Assembly (NCBI GenBank): GCA_963824995.1
Contig: CAWGRK010000010.1
Coordinates: 62,001 to 120,927, forward strand
Direction: 5' to 3'
Source of the DNA: an uncultured Actinomycetes bacterium
GTDB taxonomy: Bacteria > Actinomycetota > Acidimicrobiia > Spongiisociales > DATADW01
Length of the DNA stretch: 58,927 bases
Below the pieces are notes generated by a model that saw nothing but the letters and a program-made list of their open reading frames with translations, was not told the DNA's origin and did no database searches. This document shows positions 33,742 to 42,779 of this stretch, piece after piece. Positions within the stretch are counted from its first letter, which is position 1; each line of letters starts with the position of its first letter. The position numbers were made by a program, and so were the translations under genes.

Positions 33742-34104
33742 GTGAACGCACTCACGCCCCTGGCCGACCGGAACAACGGGTACCTCACCACCACCGGACG
33801 ACGCACAGGGCAGCGGCACACGATCGAGATCTGGTTCGCCCTCCAAGATGACACCGTCTATCTCCTTTCGGGCAGCGGGGGCAAGTCGGACTGGTGCCGC
33901 AACCTCGAGGCAAACCACGAGGTGACCTTCTCCATCGACGGCGTCGAGGTGACGGGTCGTGCACGTCCGGTCACCGACCCGATCGAGGACCAGCTGGCGC
34001 GCGATCTGGTCGTCGGCAAGTACCAGCCGCGCCACGGGGGCGACCTCTCCCGTTGGCGACGGGAGTCCCGCCCCTTCGCCATCGACCTACGGTGTCGCTC
34101 ATGA
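33742..34104 (+). CDS. Nitroreductase/deazaflavin (F420)-dependent oxidoreductase family protein
   Basis: LTTTGRRTGQRHTIEIWF, SDWCRNLEANHEV. Confidence 0.75.
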   Translation: MNALTPLADRNNGYLTTTGRRTGQRHTIEIWFALQDDTVYLLSGSGGKSDWCRNLEANHEVTFSIDGVEVTGRARPVTDPIEDQLARDLVVGKYQPRHGGDLSRWRRESRPFAIDLRCRS

Positions 34105-35507
34105 CCCCTGACGAGTTCCGCAAGACGGGGCACGAGTTGATCGAGTGGGTCGCCGCCTACATGGAGGGGGTCGACCGCTTCCCGGTCCTCTCGCAAGTGG
34201 CGCCCGGCGAAACCAGGGCAAAGCTCCCCGCCATCCCGCCCGAGCAAGGGGAGCAGTTCGAGGAGATTGTCGCCGACCTCGATCGGATCATCCTGCCGGG
34301 GATCACCCATTGGCAGTCGCCCCGATTCTTCGGTTTCTTCCCCGCCAACGCCTCCGGACCCGCCATCCTCGGCGACCTGATCTCCTCAGGTCTCGGCGTT
34401 CAGGGGATGCTCTGGGCGACCTCCCCGGCGTGCACCGAGTTGGAGACCCACGTACTCGACTGGATGGTGGAGATGCTGGGGTTGCCCGCCGGTTTCCGCT
34501 CCGACACGGCGGGGGGAGGCGTGATCCAGGACTCGGCATCGGGCGCCACCCTGGTGGCGGCGCTGGCGGCGCGGGAAAGGGCCACCGGTTTCGAGAGCAA
34601 CCGGATCGGGACCGGAGGCGGTCTGACCGCCTACGCCTCGACCCAGGCGCACTCCTCGATCGAGAAGGCGGTTCGGATCGCCGGATACGGCGTCGATCGG
34701 CTGCGCGCCATCGAGGTGGACGAGAGCCTGGCGCTGCGACCCGACCGCTTGGAGGAGGCCATCGAGGAGGATCTTGCCGCGGGTCTCATTCCGGCTTTCG
34801 TCACCGCCACCGTCGGGACCACTTCGACCACCGCGGTTGATCCGGTGCCTGCAATCGCCGAGGTTTGCCGGCGACACGGTGCCTGGCTCCACGTCGATGC
34901 GGCCTATGCCGGGATCGCGGCCCTCCTCCCCGAGATGCGCTGGATCAACGCCGGGTTGGAGTCGGCCGATTCCTACTGCACGGACCCGCACAAGTGGATG
35001 CTGACCAACTTCGACTGCACCGCCTTCTACGTCGCCGACCGCGCCCATCTGATCGAGACGCTCTCGGTGCTCCCCGAGTACCTGAGGAACACGGCTTCCG
35101 AGTCAGGATCGGTGATCGACTATCGGGACTGGCAGATACCGCTGGGCAGGCGGTTCCGCGCGCTCAAGCTGTGGTTCGTCATCCGCAGCTTCGGGGTCGA
35201 AGGGCTGCGCGCCCACGTCTCGAGTCACATCCGACTCGCCGACCATTTCGCCTCGCTGGTGGGGTCTTCCGTCGATTTCGAGATGGTCACCGACCACCCC
35301 TTCGGTCTGGTCTGCTTCCGTCACCGTGGCGGGGACGAGGTGAATCAGCGGATCATGGACACGGCGAACCAGTCAGGGAAGATCTACCTGACGCACACCC
35401 GGGTCGCTGACCGGTTGATCCTGCGGTTGGCCATCGGCAGCCCCAGGACCGGGCGAGACGACATAGAGGCGGCCTGGCGGGTGATTACGGCGGCGGCGGG
35501 CAGCTAG
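34101..35507 (+). CDS. PLP-dependent aromatic-L-amino-acid decarboxylase (group II)
   Basis: MTPDEFR, PGITHWQSPRFF, SPACTELE, GGGVIQ, HVDAAYAG, DPHKW (PLP Lys), PLGRRFRALKLW. Confidence 0.9.
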   Translation: MTPDEFRKTGHELIEWVAAYMEGVDRFPVLSQVAPGETRAKLPAIPPEQGEQFEEIVADLDRIILPGITHWQSPRFFGFFPANASGPAILGDLISSGLGVQGMLWATSPACTELETHVLDWMVEMLGLPAGFRSDTAGGGVIQDSASGATLVAALAARERATGFESNRIGTGGGLTAYASTQAHSSIEKAVRIAGYGVDRLRAIEVDESLALRPDRLEEAIEEDLAAGLIPAFVTATVGTTSTTAVDPVPAIAEVCRRHGAWLHVDAAYAGIAALLPEMRWINAGLESADSYCTDPHKWMLTNFDCTAFYVADRAHLIETLSVLPEYLRNTASESGSVIDYRDWQIPLGRRFRALKLWFVIRSFGVEGLRAHVSSHIRLADHFASLVGSSVDFEMVTDHPFGLVCFRHRGGDEVNQRIMDTANQSGKIYLTHTRVADRLILRLAIGSPRTGRDDIEAAWRVITAAAGS

Positions 35508-35520
35508 AGGCCCGGGGGGG

Positions 35521-36075
35521 TCACGGTGCGGGTGCAGGCTCCAACCCGAGCAGGCGCCGCATCATCATCGCCGTCGCTCCCCACAGGATCTCGCCCTCCA
35601 ACTCGGAGAACCACACCGTTCGTCCCGCCCAGATCTCCGACCGCCACGCTGCGGGGTCGAGGAAGCGCTCCAGAGTCGGCTCCAACACCATGGCCACCTC
35701 GCGCGCCGACGGCTTGAGTTCGGGCACCGGGTCAACCCGTCCCACCACGGGCACCACCAGGAGAGTGAACTCGACCGTGTGGATCGGCTCGAGGAACCCG
35801 AGGACGGTGACGTTCCCGGGGGGGATGCCAACCTCCTCCTCCGCTTCGCGCAGGGCGGTGTCGACTGCATTCCGATCCCCGGGGTGCGGACGCCCCCCGG
35901 GGAAAGCGAGGTGCCCGGCATGTGTCGGCATGGTGTCGGGGCGCTTGGTCAAGACGACCCGGACGGCACCCTCACCGTCCTCGTACAAAGGGACCAGCAC
36001 CGCGGCCCGAGACCGGCCTTCTGTCGGCGGCTCGGTGTCATCCAGCGCGGCGAGTTTTGCCCAGGTCGGTGACAT
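35521..36075 (-). CDS. CoA pyrophosphatase (Nudix)
   Basis: AAVLVPL, HAGHLAFPGG, Nudix box TALREAEEEVG, ILWGATA. Confidence 0.88.
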   Translation of the reverse strand: MSPTWAKLAALDDTEPPTEGRSRAAVLVPLYEDGEGAVRVVLTKRPDTMPTHAGHLAFPGGRPHPGDRNAVDTALREAEEEVGIPPGNVTVLGFLEPIHTVEFTLLVVPVVGRVDPVPELKPSAREVAMVLEPTLERFLDPAAWRSEIWAGRTVWFSELEGEILWGATAMMMRRLLGLEPAPAP

Positions 36076-36110
36076 GGACCCATCGTACGGGTGCATATGC
36101 TTGCCCCGGC

Positions 36111-36701
36111 ATGGACCTCCCCCCCGAGACGATCACAACCGCCAACCTCTCGCTCCATCCCTTCCGTCGCCGCGACGTCGACCCCCTGCTGGCGGCGGTG
36201 CGCGAGTCGCTCCCCGAGCTGAGTAGGTGGCTCCCATGGGCGCATCAGGGGTACACCCGCGATGACGCCATACGTTTCGTGCGCGATTCGGTCCAGGCCT
36301 GGCGGGAGAACCGCGCCTACGACTTTGCGGTGACCGAGCGTGACGGGCTCACCCATCTGGGAAATGTTTCGATCTGGCACGTGTCGCGGGGCTTCCACGT
36401 CGGCGAGATCGGGTATTGGGTTCGGACCGATCAGACAGGAAGAGGCATCGCCACCGAGGTGACCGCCCGGATGCTCCAGATCGGGTTCGAGCGTCTCGGG
36501 ATGCACCGGATAGTGCTCCGCATCGCGGTCGGCAATCGGGGAAGCGAGCGGGTGGCGGAGAAGCTCGATTTCGTCAAGGAAGGCGTCCTCCGCGAAGAGC
36601 TCAGGGTACGCGGGCAGTGGCTCGACCACACCGTATGGAGCATGCTCGAGCACGAGTACCGGCGGCGCGCCGCCGAGTACGCCGTATTCGCCGGCAGCTG
36701 A
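36111..36701 (+). CDS. RimJ/RimL-type GNAT N-acetyltransferase
   Basis: RWLPWA, GEIGYWVR, GRGIATE, NRGSERVAEKL, EGVLRE. Confidence 0.85.
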   Translation: MDLPPETITTANLSLHPFRRRDVDPLLAAVRESLPELSRWLPWAHQGYTRDDAIRFVRDSVQAWRENRAYDFAVTERDGLTHLGNVSIWHVSRGFHVGEIGYWVRTDQTGRGIATEVTARMLQIGFERLGMHRIVLRIAVGNRGSERVAEKLDFVKEGVLREELRVRGQWLDHTVWSMLEHEYRRRAAEYAVFAGS

Positions 36702-36776
36702 AAGCGGCCGTCCCCCGTCGTTTTGTGGGTCCGAAGCGCGCCTGTGGCGTGGTCCGAACCCTGGGTTCGGGACTTC

Positions 36777-37850
36777 TCAGCTGTCTCCGAGTACTCGGAG
36801 CGCCAGCCGCTCGGTCCTGTCCATCCACCGAGAGCTGCGCACCCCTCTCCACACCGGCCCGAGCCGACCGGCCCGGTATGCGTCGGGGACCGCCGGATGG
36901 ACATACGAGGCCCGGCACACCTCACGGGTGTTCCCGAGACGGTCGGCGGCGAGGTCGATGGCGGCGAGGACTGCTCTGTCCGCATCGCTCTCGTCGGCTA
37001 CAGCAAGCGCACCGGCCACTACGGCGGTGGCACCCCAGGTCCTGAAGTCCTTCGCCGTGACGTCGCTGCCGGTGAGTTCGCCGAGATAGCGGTTGACCTG
37101 GTCGGAGTCGACGCTCACCGGACGATCGTCCCCGCCGAGATACGAGAAGAGTTGTTGGCCACCAAGTTCCTGGCAGGCGAGCACGGCGGCAACGAGCTCG
37201 GGGTCGGGTACCGACACCCGCACCTCCGAGCCACCCTTTCCCCGGAAATCGAACACCAGGTCGCCACCATCCCGGCCGACGTGTTCGGGACGCAGGGTGG
37301 TGAGGCCGAAAGTCTCGTTGTCCCTGGCGTACTCCCGGTTGCCGACGCGGATGAGTGTTTCATCGAGAAGGCGCACCACCAGCGCCATGACCCCGGTCTG
37401 GGTCTCCACCCCTCCGGCGAGATCGAGTACCACCCGCTTCCGCAGTCGTGGAAGTCGCTCCCCGAAGCCGCAGAGCGAGTCGAACTTGTTGGCATCCCTC
37501 ACCTCGCGCCACAGCGGGTGGTACAGGTATTGCTTGCGGTCGCGGTCGTCACGCCCGGTGGCGAGCAGATGGCCCCTGCGGTCGGTTGATATCCAGACCT
37601 CCCTCCAAGCGGGCGGTATCACCAGCGAGTTGATCCATCGCAGGGTTGCCTCGTCGGCGATCCGATCGCCGTCCGGGCGGTGGTAGGAGAAGCCCTTCCC
37701 CCGCCTCACCCTTTTGATCCCGGGCCGGGCGTCCGTCGTGTATCGGAGCCCGGCTTCCTCCGCCGCTTCCTGAGCGGCGTCGATCAACGCGTCGGATGCA
37801 GGAACGGGCGGCGCGGCCCGTCGCTTCACGACCACCTGCCGACGACCCAT
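36777..37850 (-). CDS. DNA topoisomerase IB (bacterial, poxvirus-like)
   Basis: IPPAWREVWI, RKQYLYH, catalytic LIRVGN, FRGKGG, AKDFRTW, LGNT and CRASYV. Confidence 0.92.
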   Translation of the reverse strand: MGRRQVVVKRRAAPPVPASDALIDAAQEAAEEAGLRYTTDARPGIKRVRRGKGFSYHRPDGDRIADEATLRWINSLVIPPAWREVWISTDRRGHLLATGRDDRDRKQYLYHPLWREVRDANKFDSLCGFGERLPRLRKRVVLDLAGGVETQTGVMALVVRLLDETLIRVGNREYARDNETFGLTTLRPEHVGRDGGDLVFDFRGKGGSEVRVSVPDPELVAAVLACQELGGQQLFSYLGGDDRPVSVDSDQVNRYLGELTGSDVTAKDFRTWGATAVVAGALAVADESDADRAVLAAIDLAADRLGNTREVCRASYVHPAVPDAYRAGRLGPVWRGVRSSRWMDRTERLALRVLGDS

Positions 37851-37918
37851 TGATTCTCCCGGCCAGTCCGTCAGGGTCTTGACGCGGACGGCCGGATCAA
37901 GACCATTGGGCCGGGTGC

Positions 37919-37945
37919 ATACCGCGGTCGAGCGCTGCCGAAACG
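37919..37945 (-). promoter_or_regulatory. SigF/SigB-like promoter upstream of TopIB
   Basis: CGTTT-N16-CGGTAT. Confidence 0.55.
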
Positions 37946-37991
37946 CCGCGGTCGGCATCGATCAGAGCAGGCTGGCACGGGTGCCTTCCGC

Positions 37992-38465
37992 TCACAGCTT
38001 GTGCTTGGTCTCCCCGGAGTTTCCGGAGGAAGGGGAGAGGAACGAGATGGTCCCGTCGGGTTCGAGAACGGCTAGCTCCACTGAGGACAGGTCGTCGAGA
38101 CCCTGCTTCCGGGCCGCCTGGTCCACCTCGTGAGCCTGGAGCCGCTCGAGGTCGAGGGCCTCGGGGAGGAGCTTGCCGTCGCGCAGGATCACGACGGGAA
38201 GGCCCTCGATCATGCGCCGTGCCGGGTCGAATTTGAAGCTCATGTAGGAGAACCCGACGGTGAGCAGAGCGAGCGTTCCGGCGGCGAGTACAGCGCCGGT
38301 GAGGGAGAAGTCCTCCTGTGTGATCCCCTGTTGCACGATGTCACCGATGACAACGAGAAGGATCAACTCGAACGGCGACAACTCCGACAGTTCCTTCTTC
38401 CCCACCAGTTTGAGCAGGAGGAAAATGAAGAGGAAGGCGACAGCGGAGCGGAGCACGACTCCCAT
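37992..38465 (-). CDS. DUF421 (YetF) family membrane protein
   Basis: GKKELSELSPFELILLVVIGD, EGLPVVILRDG, AVLEPDGTISF. Confidence 0.88.
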   Translation of the reverse strand: MGVVLRSAVAFLFIFLLLKLVGKKELSELSPFELILLVVIGDIVQQGITQEDFSLTGAVLAAGTLALLTVGFSYMSFKFDPARRMIEGLPVVILRDGKLLPEALDLERLQAHEVDQAARKQGLDDLSSVELAVLEPDGTISFLSPSSGNSGETKHKL

Positions 38466-39019
38466 CAGGGCAGCACCAGCGTGGAGAACTCCACCTCGAC
38501 GGCCCGTTCTCCCTGGTCGAGAACAGCGATGTTCCCATTGATCACACCCTCAGCACCCGGCTCATGTCGGCCGTCGAAATCAACTGTCAACGAATCCCCC
38601 CGAGGAGGGTCGAACTCCCAGATGACATGCCCGTTATCGGCGATCTGCGCAGATGCGTCGGGATAGATCGCGTTGAAGTCGAGCGCTTCGATGTATTCCC
38701 GCGCCAGGATCAATCTCACTGGCTGGTCGAATCCACCCTCTCGGCTGACGACAATGCTCAACCGTATGGCCAGCCCGGGACGAGAAACCGACGGGTGGCT
38801 CACCGCCAACCGGTAACCGGTTGCTTCGGCCGAGGCGACCGAGGGCCGGGGACCGGCCCAGCCCAACAGGGCCATCATCACGACGATCAGTAGCAGACCC
38901 AGGCCGATGCGCCGGATTGCACGACTTCGACGCATGTTGTCGAGCGAGTTTTCCTCGGGGAGGGTCGATCCTCCCTGCTCCCGGGTCGTCCCTGAAGTGG
39001 ATGCATCACCATCGGCCAC
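38465..39019 (-). CDS. Hypothetical single-TM protein coupled to the DUF421 gene (start uncertain)
   Basis: One TM followed by a beta-rich domain (VSRPGLA...WEFDPP); stop overlaps the DUF421 start. Confidence 0.65.
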   Translation of the reverse strand: MADGDASTSGTTREQGGSTLPEENSLDNMRRSRAIRRIGLGLLLIVVMMALLGWAGPRPSVASAEATGYRLAVSHPSVSRPGLAIRLSIVVSREGGFDQPVRLILAREYIEALDFNAIYPDASAQIADNGHVIWEFDPPRGDSLTVDFDGRHEPGAEGVINGNIAVLDQGERAVEVEFSTLVLP

Positions 39020-39149
39020 GCCGACCACCCCGTTATTCGTGGGTCCGAGCGTACAAGGGGACGTTCTGAAGCACGATGATTCGAATGTTTGACCATCGAG
39101 TTTGGGGAGTGTCGAACAACATGCCACCTACTCCGCCGTCACACCCGCA

Positions 39150-39311
39150 GATCCGCGTAACCCGCGACCGCAGGGTCCCCCTCCCCTGGGACCCGTTCAA
39201 TTCGTCGTGGTGACCATTCACCCCTCAGCCGTGCTGAGGGCGCAGGTCCATGATCGAGAGGAGGCATTCGACGGCCTGGTCGCCGATCTGGCCGCTGATT
39301 TGGCCGTTTGA
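39150..39311 (+). pseudogene. C-terminal remnant of a UdgX-like/family-4 uracil-DNA glycosylase
   Basis: IRVTRDR, then after a frameshift FVVVTIHPSAVLRA...REEAFDGLVADL; no N-terminal Fe-S domain upstream. Confidence 0.6.
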
Positions 39312-39312
39312 C

Positions 39313-39732
39313 CTATTGGTTCGGTGGTGCCGAGCTGATCTCGCCCAAAACCGAATTGGGGTCTTTCTCCTCCGCCAGGTCGCCAAGGGAGACGATGCCT
39401 ACGACCTCCCCGCCGTCGACTACCGGGATGCGACGCACTGAGGCATCAGCCATCCGCGTGGCGACATCCCCCACCGACTCTTCCGGGGTCGCCGTGACCA
39501 AATTGCCGGTGACGATCTCGCCAATGGTGGTCTGGGCCGGGTTGGCGCCGTCGGCAACCGCCCTGATCACGACATCGCGATCGGTGAGGATGCCCGCCAA
39601 CTGACCGTTAGAGGTCACCACCACGTCGCCCAGGTCGTTGTCCCGCATCGCCTGCGCCGCCTGCTCGACCGTGTCGGAGTCGCTGCAAGTGACCACGTTG
39701 CGACTCATCACATCCGCAATCCGCTGATCCAA
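39313..39732 (-). CDS. CBS domain pair protein
   Basis: IADVMS, GILTDRDVVIR, VRRIPVV, GIVSLGDL; AAGGAGG RBS. Confidence 0.9.
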   Translation of the reverse strand: MDQRIADVMSRNVVTCSDSDTVEQAAQAMRDNDLGDVVVTSNGQLAGILTDRDVVIRAVADGANPAQTTIGEIVTGNLVTATPEESVGDVATRMADASVRRIPVVDGGEVVGIVSLGDLAEEKDPNSVLGEISSAPPNQ

Positions 39733-39760
39733 TGTGTCCTCCTTCTCGCGTCTTTGCGGT

Positions 39761-39787
39761 CTTCCCCCACCCGGGGAAATTCAAACC
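39761..39787 (-). promoter_or_regulatory. SigF/SigB-like promoter upstream of the CBS gene
   Basis: GGTTT-N16-GGGAAG. Confidence 0.6.
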
Positions 39788-39792
39788 CGCGA

Positions 39793-42355
39793 TCAGGACC
39801 GGTGAGACACCGTGGGGCGCCGCCGAGGCTCGAACTCGGCGGCCAGCAACGTCACGTCGTCCTCGGTGTGCTCGCCGACCATCTGAGCAATTAACTCGTC
39901 GCAAAGGCCGGCCATGGACTCGCCAACCAATGAGCCGGCGACGTCGAGCAGCCGCTCCAGGCTGACGTCGATGCTCTCCTCCCGTCTCTCCACCAAGCCG
40001 TCCGAGTAGAGCAACATGATGTCGCCGGGCTCAACACACACCGTCGCCTCGGTGAGTTCGACGTCGAGGATCCCCAGCGGGACCGACCGGGCCTCTTCCA
40101 GATAGCGGAGGCCTTGTGAGGAGATGAGGAGAGGGGGTAGCTGGCCGGCGCAGGTATAGCGCACCACCCCGCTCTGTCTGTCATAAAGGGCCACCGCAGC
40201 TGTGGTACCGGTGGCTCCGGGGACGTCGCCAGCAAGCCGACTCAGTCTGCTGAGCGCCTCGACCGGAGACGCCCCTTCGCGTAGCAGTGCGTCGAGGACC
40301 GAGCGGAGTTGACCCATGATCGCCGCAGCTGCGATCCCTTTGCCGACGACATCGCCCACGGTCAACGCCATCCGGTCGGCTGCGACTCGTATGGCGTCAT
40401 ACCAGTCACCGCCCGCCGCGGTCCGCTCCTGCGCCGGTATGTACCGGGCGTGGAGTGTCAGCCAGGGTGCCCGCGGGAGGATCCGGGGCAACAGGCTTTG
40501 CTGGAGCGTCTGGGCGGCATCGTGCTGTTCTTCGTACCGCCGCGCCCGCTCCATCGAACGGGCCGTCACCGCAGCCAGCGCCGCCAAGAACGAACGGTCC
40601 TCGGCCGAGAACCCGGTGCTCTGGCTGAACCCGGCGCCAAGCGCACCCACCGTGCCGGGTCCGAGGTTGATGGGCACGACGGCGATCGAGGAAAACACCG
40701 CCGGGACAGGATGCAGGCCCTCCGGAAACCGCCGGGTCAACAGGTCGGCATTGGGGTACCAAAGCGGCCTGCCGGTGCGCACTACATATGCGAACGGATG
40801 CCTGGCTGATAGTTGACGACCTCTGGCGGGGGGGTGTCCCGCTCCCACACCCCACCACTTCTCATGGAGCAATTGGACCCCGTCGGTTGATGGCACCGCC
40901 ACCCATCCCGCAACGGCGCCGAGTGCAGCAAGCCCGGAGTCGATGGCGTTCTCGAGGACCTCCTCCACGGTCAACGCCTGGGCGGCGCCGGCGGTCGCCT
41001 GCTGTAGGACTTCGAGCCGTCCACCCGTCATCTCGGCCTGACGTCTTGCCTCTCCTGCTGCGGCAAAGAGAATGGCGTTGTCGGTCATGAGACCGAGCCT
41101 GTCGGCGAGTTCCTGGAAGCGAGGAAGATCGCCGTGCTCGAACCGCCTCCGCGAGTCGGCCATGACCAGCAACAGGCAGCCCACGACCCTGCCACGCGCC
41201 CGCATCGGTACGACGAGCTGTGAGCGTGGTTTGATTTCGGTGACGAGATGGGCCAGCTCGTCACCGTCCATCGAAGAGGCCGCCTCGAGGATTGCGTCGA
41301 GATCGACAACGGGCTCGACATGAGCAATGCCGGTGTGCATCACGTGGTACACCGTTCCGGGGACGTTCGGCGTCACCGGCCAAACGGCTGCCAACTTCTC
41401 GGCTAGAGCCTGGAGACTCGGGTCCTCGTGCCGCACCGCCACGACCCGGGGCGGATCGGCCAAGCCGATGGCGCAGTAATCGGCCACCCCAGGCACCATG
41501 AGGCCAGCCACCCCCAACAGCCCCTCCTCCACTTCGAGGGTCCGATCCAGGACGCCCGACACCTCGGAGGCGAGCCGAGCCTGGTCATCGGCCTCCCGGC
41601 GCCTGGTGACGTCGGCGAAGACGACGACCGCGCCGGCAACATCTCCATTCTCTGTGTGGTAGGGGGCCGAGCTGGCGCGGATGATGCGACGGTTGCCATC
41701 GGCGCGGCAGAAGCTCGATCTCTTCGCCTTGGACCACCCGGTCGCCGCGGAGCGACCGCAGCAGTGCAGACTCCTCAACCGACTTCCGCTGACCATCGGT
41801 GCTGTGCCCTGTCATGAAGTGGCTGTCGCCGATGAGATCCGTGCCCTCGACGGCCGTGCCCAGGATCTCGGTCGCCTCACTGTTGGCCAGGATGAGCCGC
41901 CCCGCCCTGTCAACGAGGATCAAACCATTTGGCATGGCATCGAGGGCAGATTCAAAACGTCGGCGCTCATCCTCGCTGGCGCTGAGGGCACCGGCAGCGC
42001 CCATGCGCGCCCTGGCCAGCCCCCATCCCAGCATCACGACCACCGCCCCGATCACAAGGTATGCCCCAATCAACAGCCAGCTGGCCGCAGTCAGGTCGAG
42101 ATAACCGCCACCCGGTTCGATGACAACCGGGCTGGCTACTCCGGTGATGAGAAGGCTCACCAATCCGGGGCCAGGGCCGAAGAGCCAGACCGAGACGACA
42201 ACGGCGAGGAGCATCGAGATGAAGAGCGTGCTCCCCGTCGCCTCGTTCAACCAGACGGCCAGGACGATCCCGACCACCGCGGTAAGCGAGGCGAAGAGAT
42301 ACGCCAGCGGCCGGCTAAGCACGACTCGCACCACCGGAGCATTTCCCGGTGACAT
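39793..42355 (-). CDS. SpoIIE/RsbU-type PP2C phosphatase with membrane (DUF4118-like), PAS and GAF domains (one apparent frameshift near 41700)
   Basis: 4 TM, PAS LDAMPNGLILVD, two GAF domains, LQQSLLP, GGDWYD, GDVVGKG, YSDGLVE, DDVTLL. Confidence 0.88.
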
Positions 42356-42489
42356 CGCCCCACCCCCGCCGCCCGCTACCACCGCAAACACCCGAACAAG
42401 GTGCGCTCCGTTCCTGGAGTCCGATCATAGGTTGCCGGCGAATGGCGCGTCTGCTGTGACGTCGCCCGATGCGTTCTACGCTGATGCCC

Positions 42490-42756
42490 ATGTGTCGCAA
42501 TATCACGACTCTGCGAGGTCTGGAGCCGGAGGCAACGACCGAGGAGATCGAGGCCGCCGCCCGGCAGTATGTGCGCAAGGTGAGCGGTGTTCAAAAGACC
42601 TCGCCGCACACCGAGGAGGCGTTCGAACACGCCGTCGCCGGGATCGCGCGCCTGACCGAGGATTTGCTCCAGCAACTTCCGCCTCGGCGACAGCCACCGC
42701 CAGTGGTCCCGCCGGGTCGCCGGATCTCATCGCGCGAGACCGCCGCAGCCCACTGA
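42490..42756 (+). CDS. DUF2277 family protein
   Basis: MCRNITTLRGLEPEATTEEIEAAARQYVRKVSG. Confidence 0.85.
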   Translation: MCRNITTLRGLEPEATTEEIEAAARQYVRKVSGVQKTSPHTEEAFEHAVAGIARLTEDLLQQLPPRRQPPPVVPPGRRISSRETAAAH

Positions 42757-42779
42757 CCGGCGTCAGCTCGAGGAGACGC

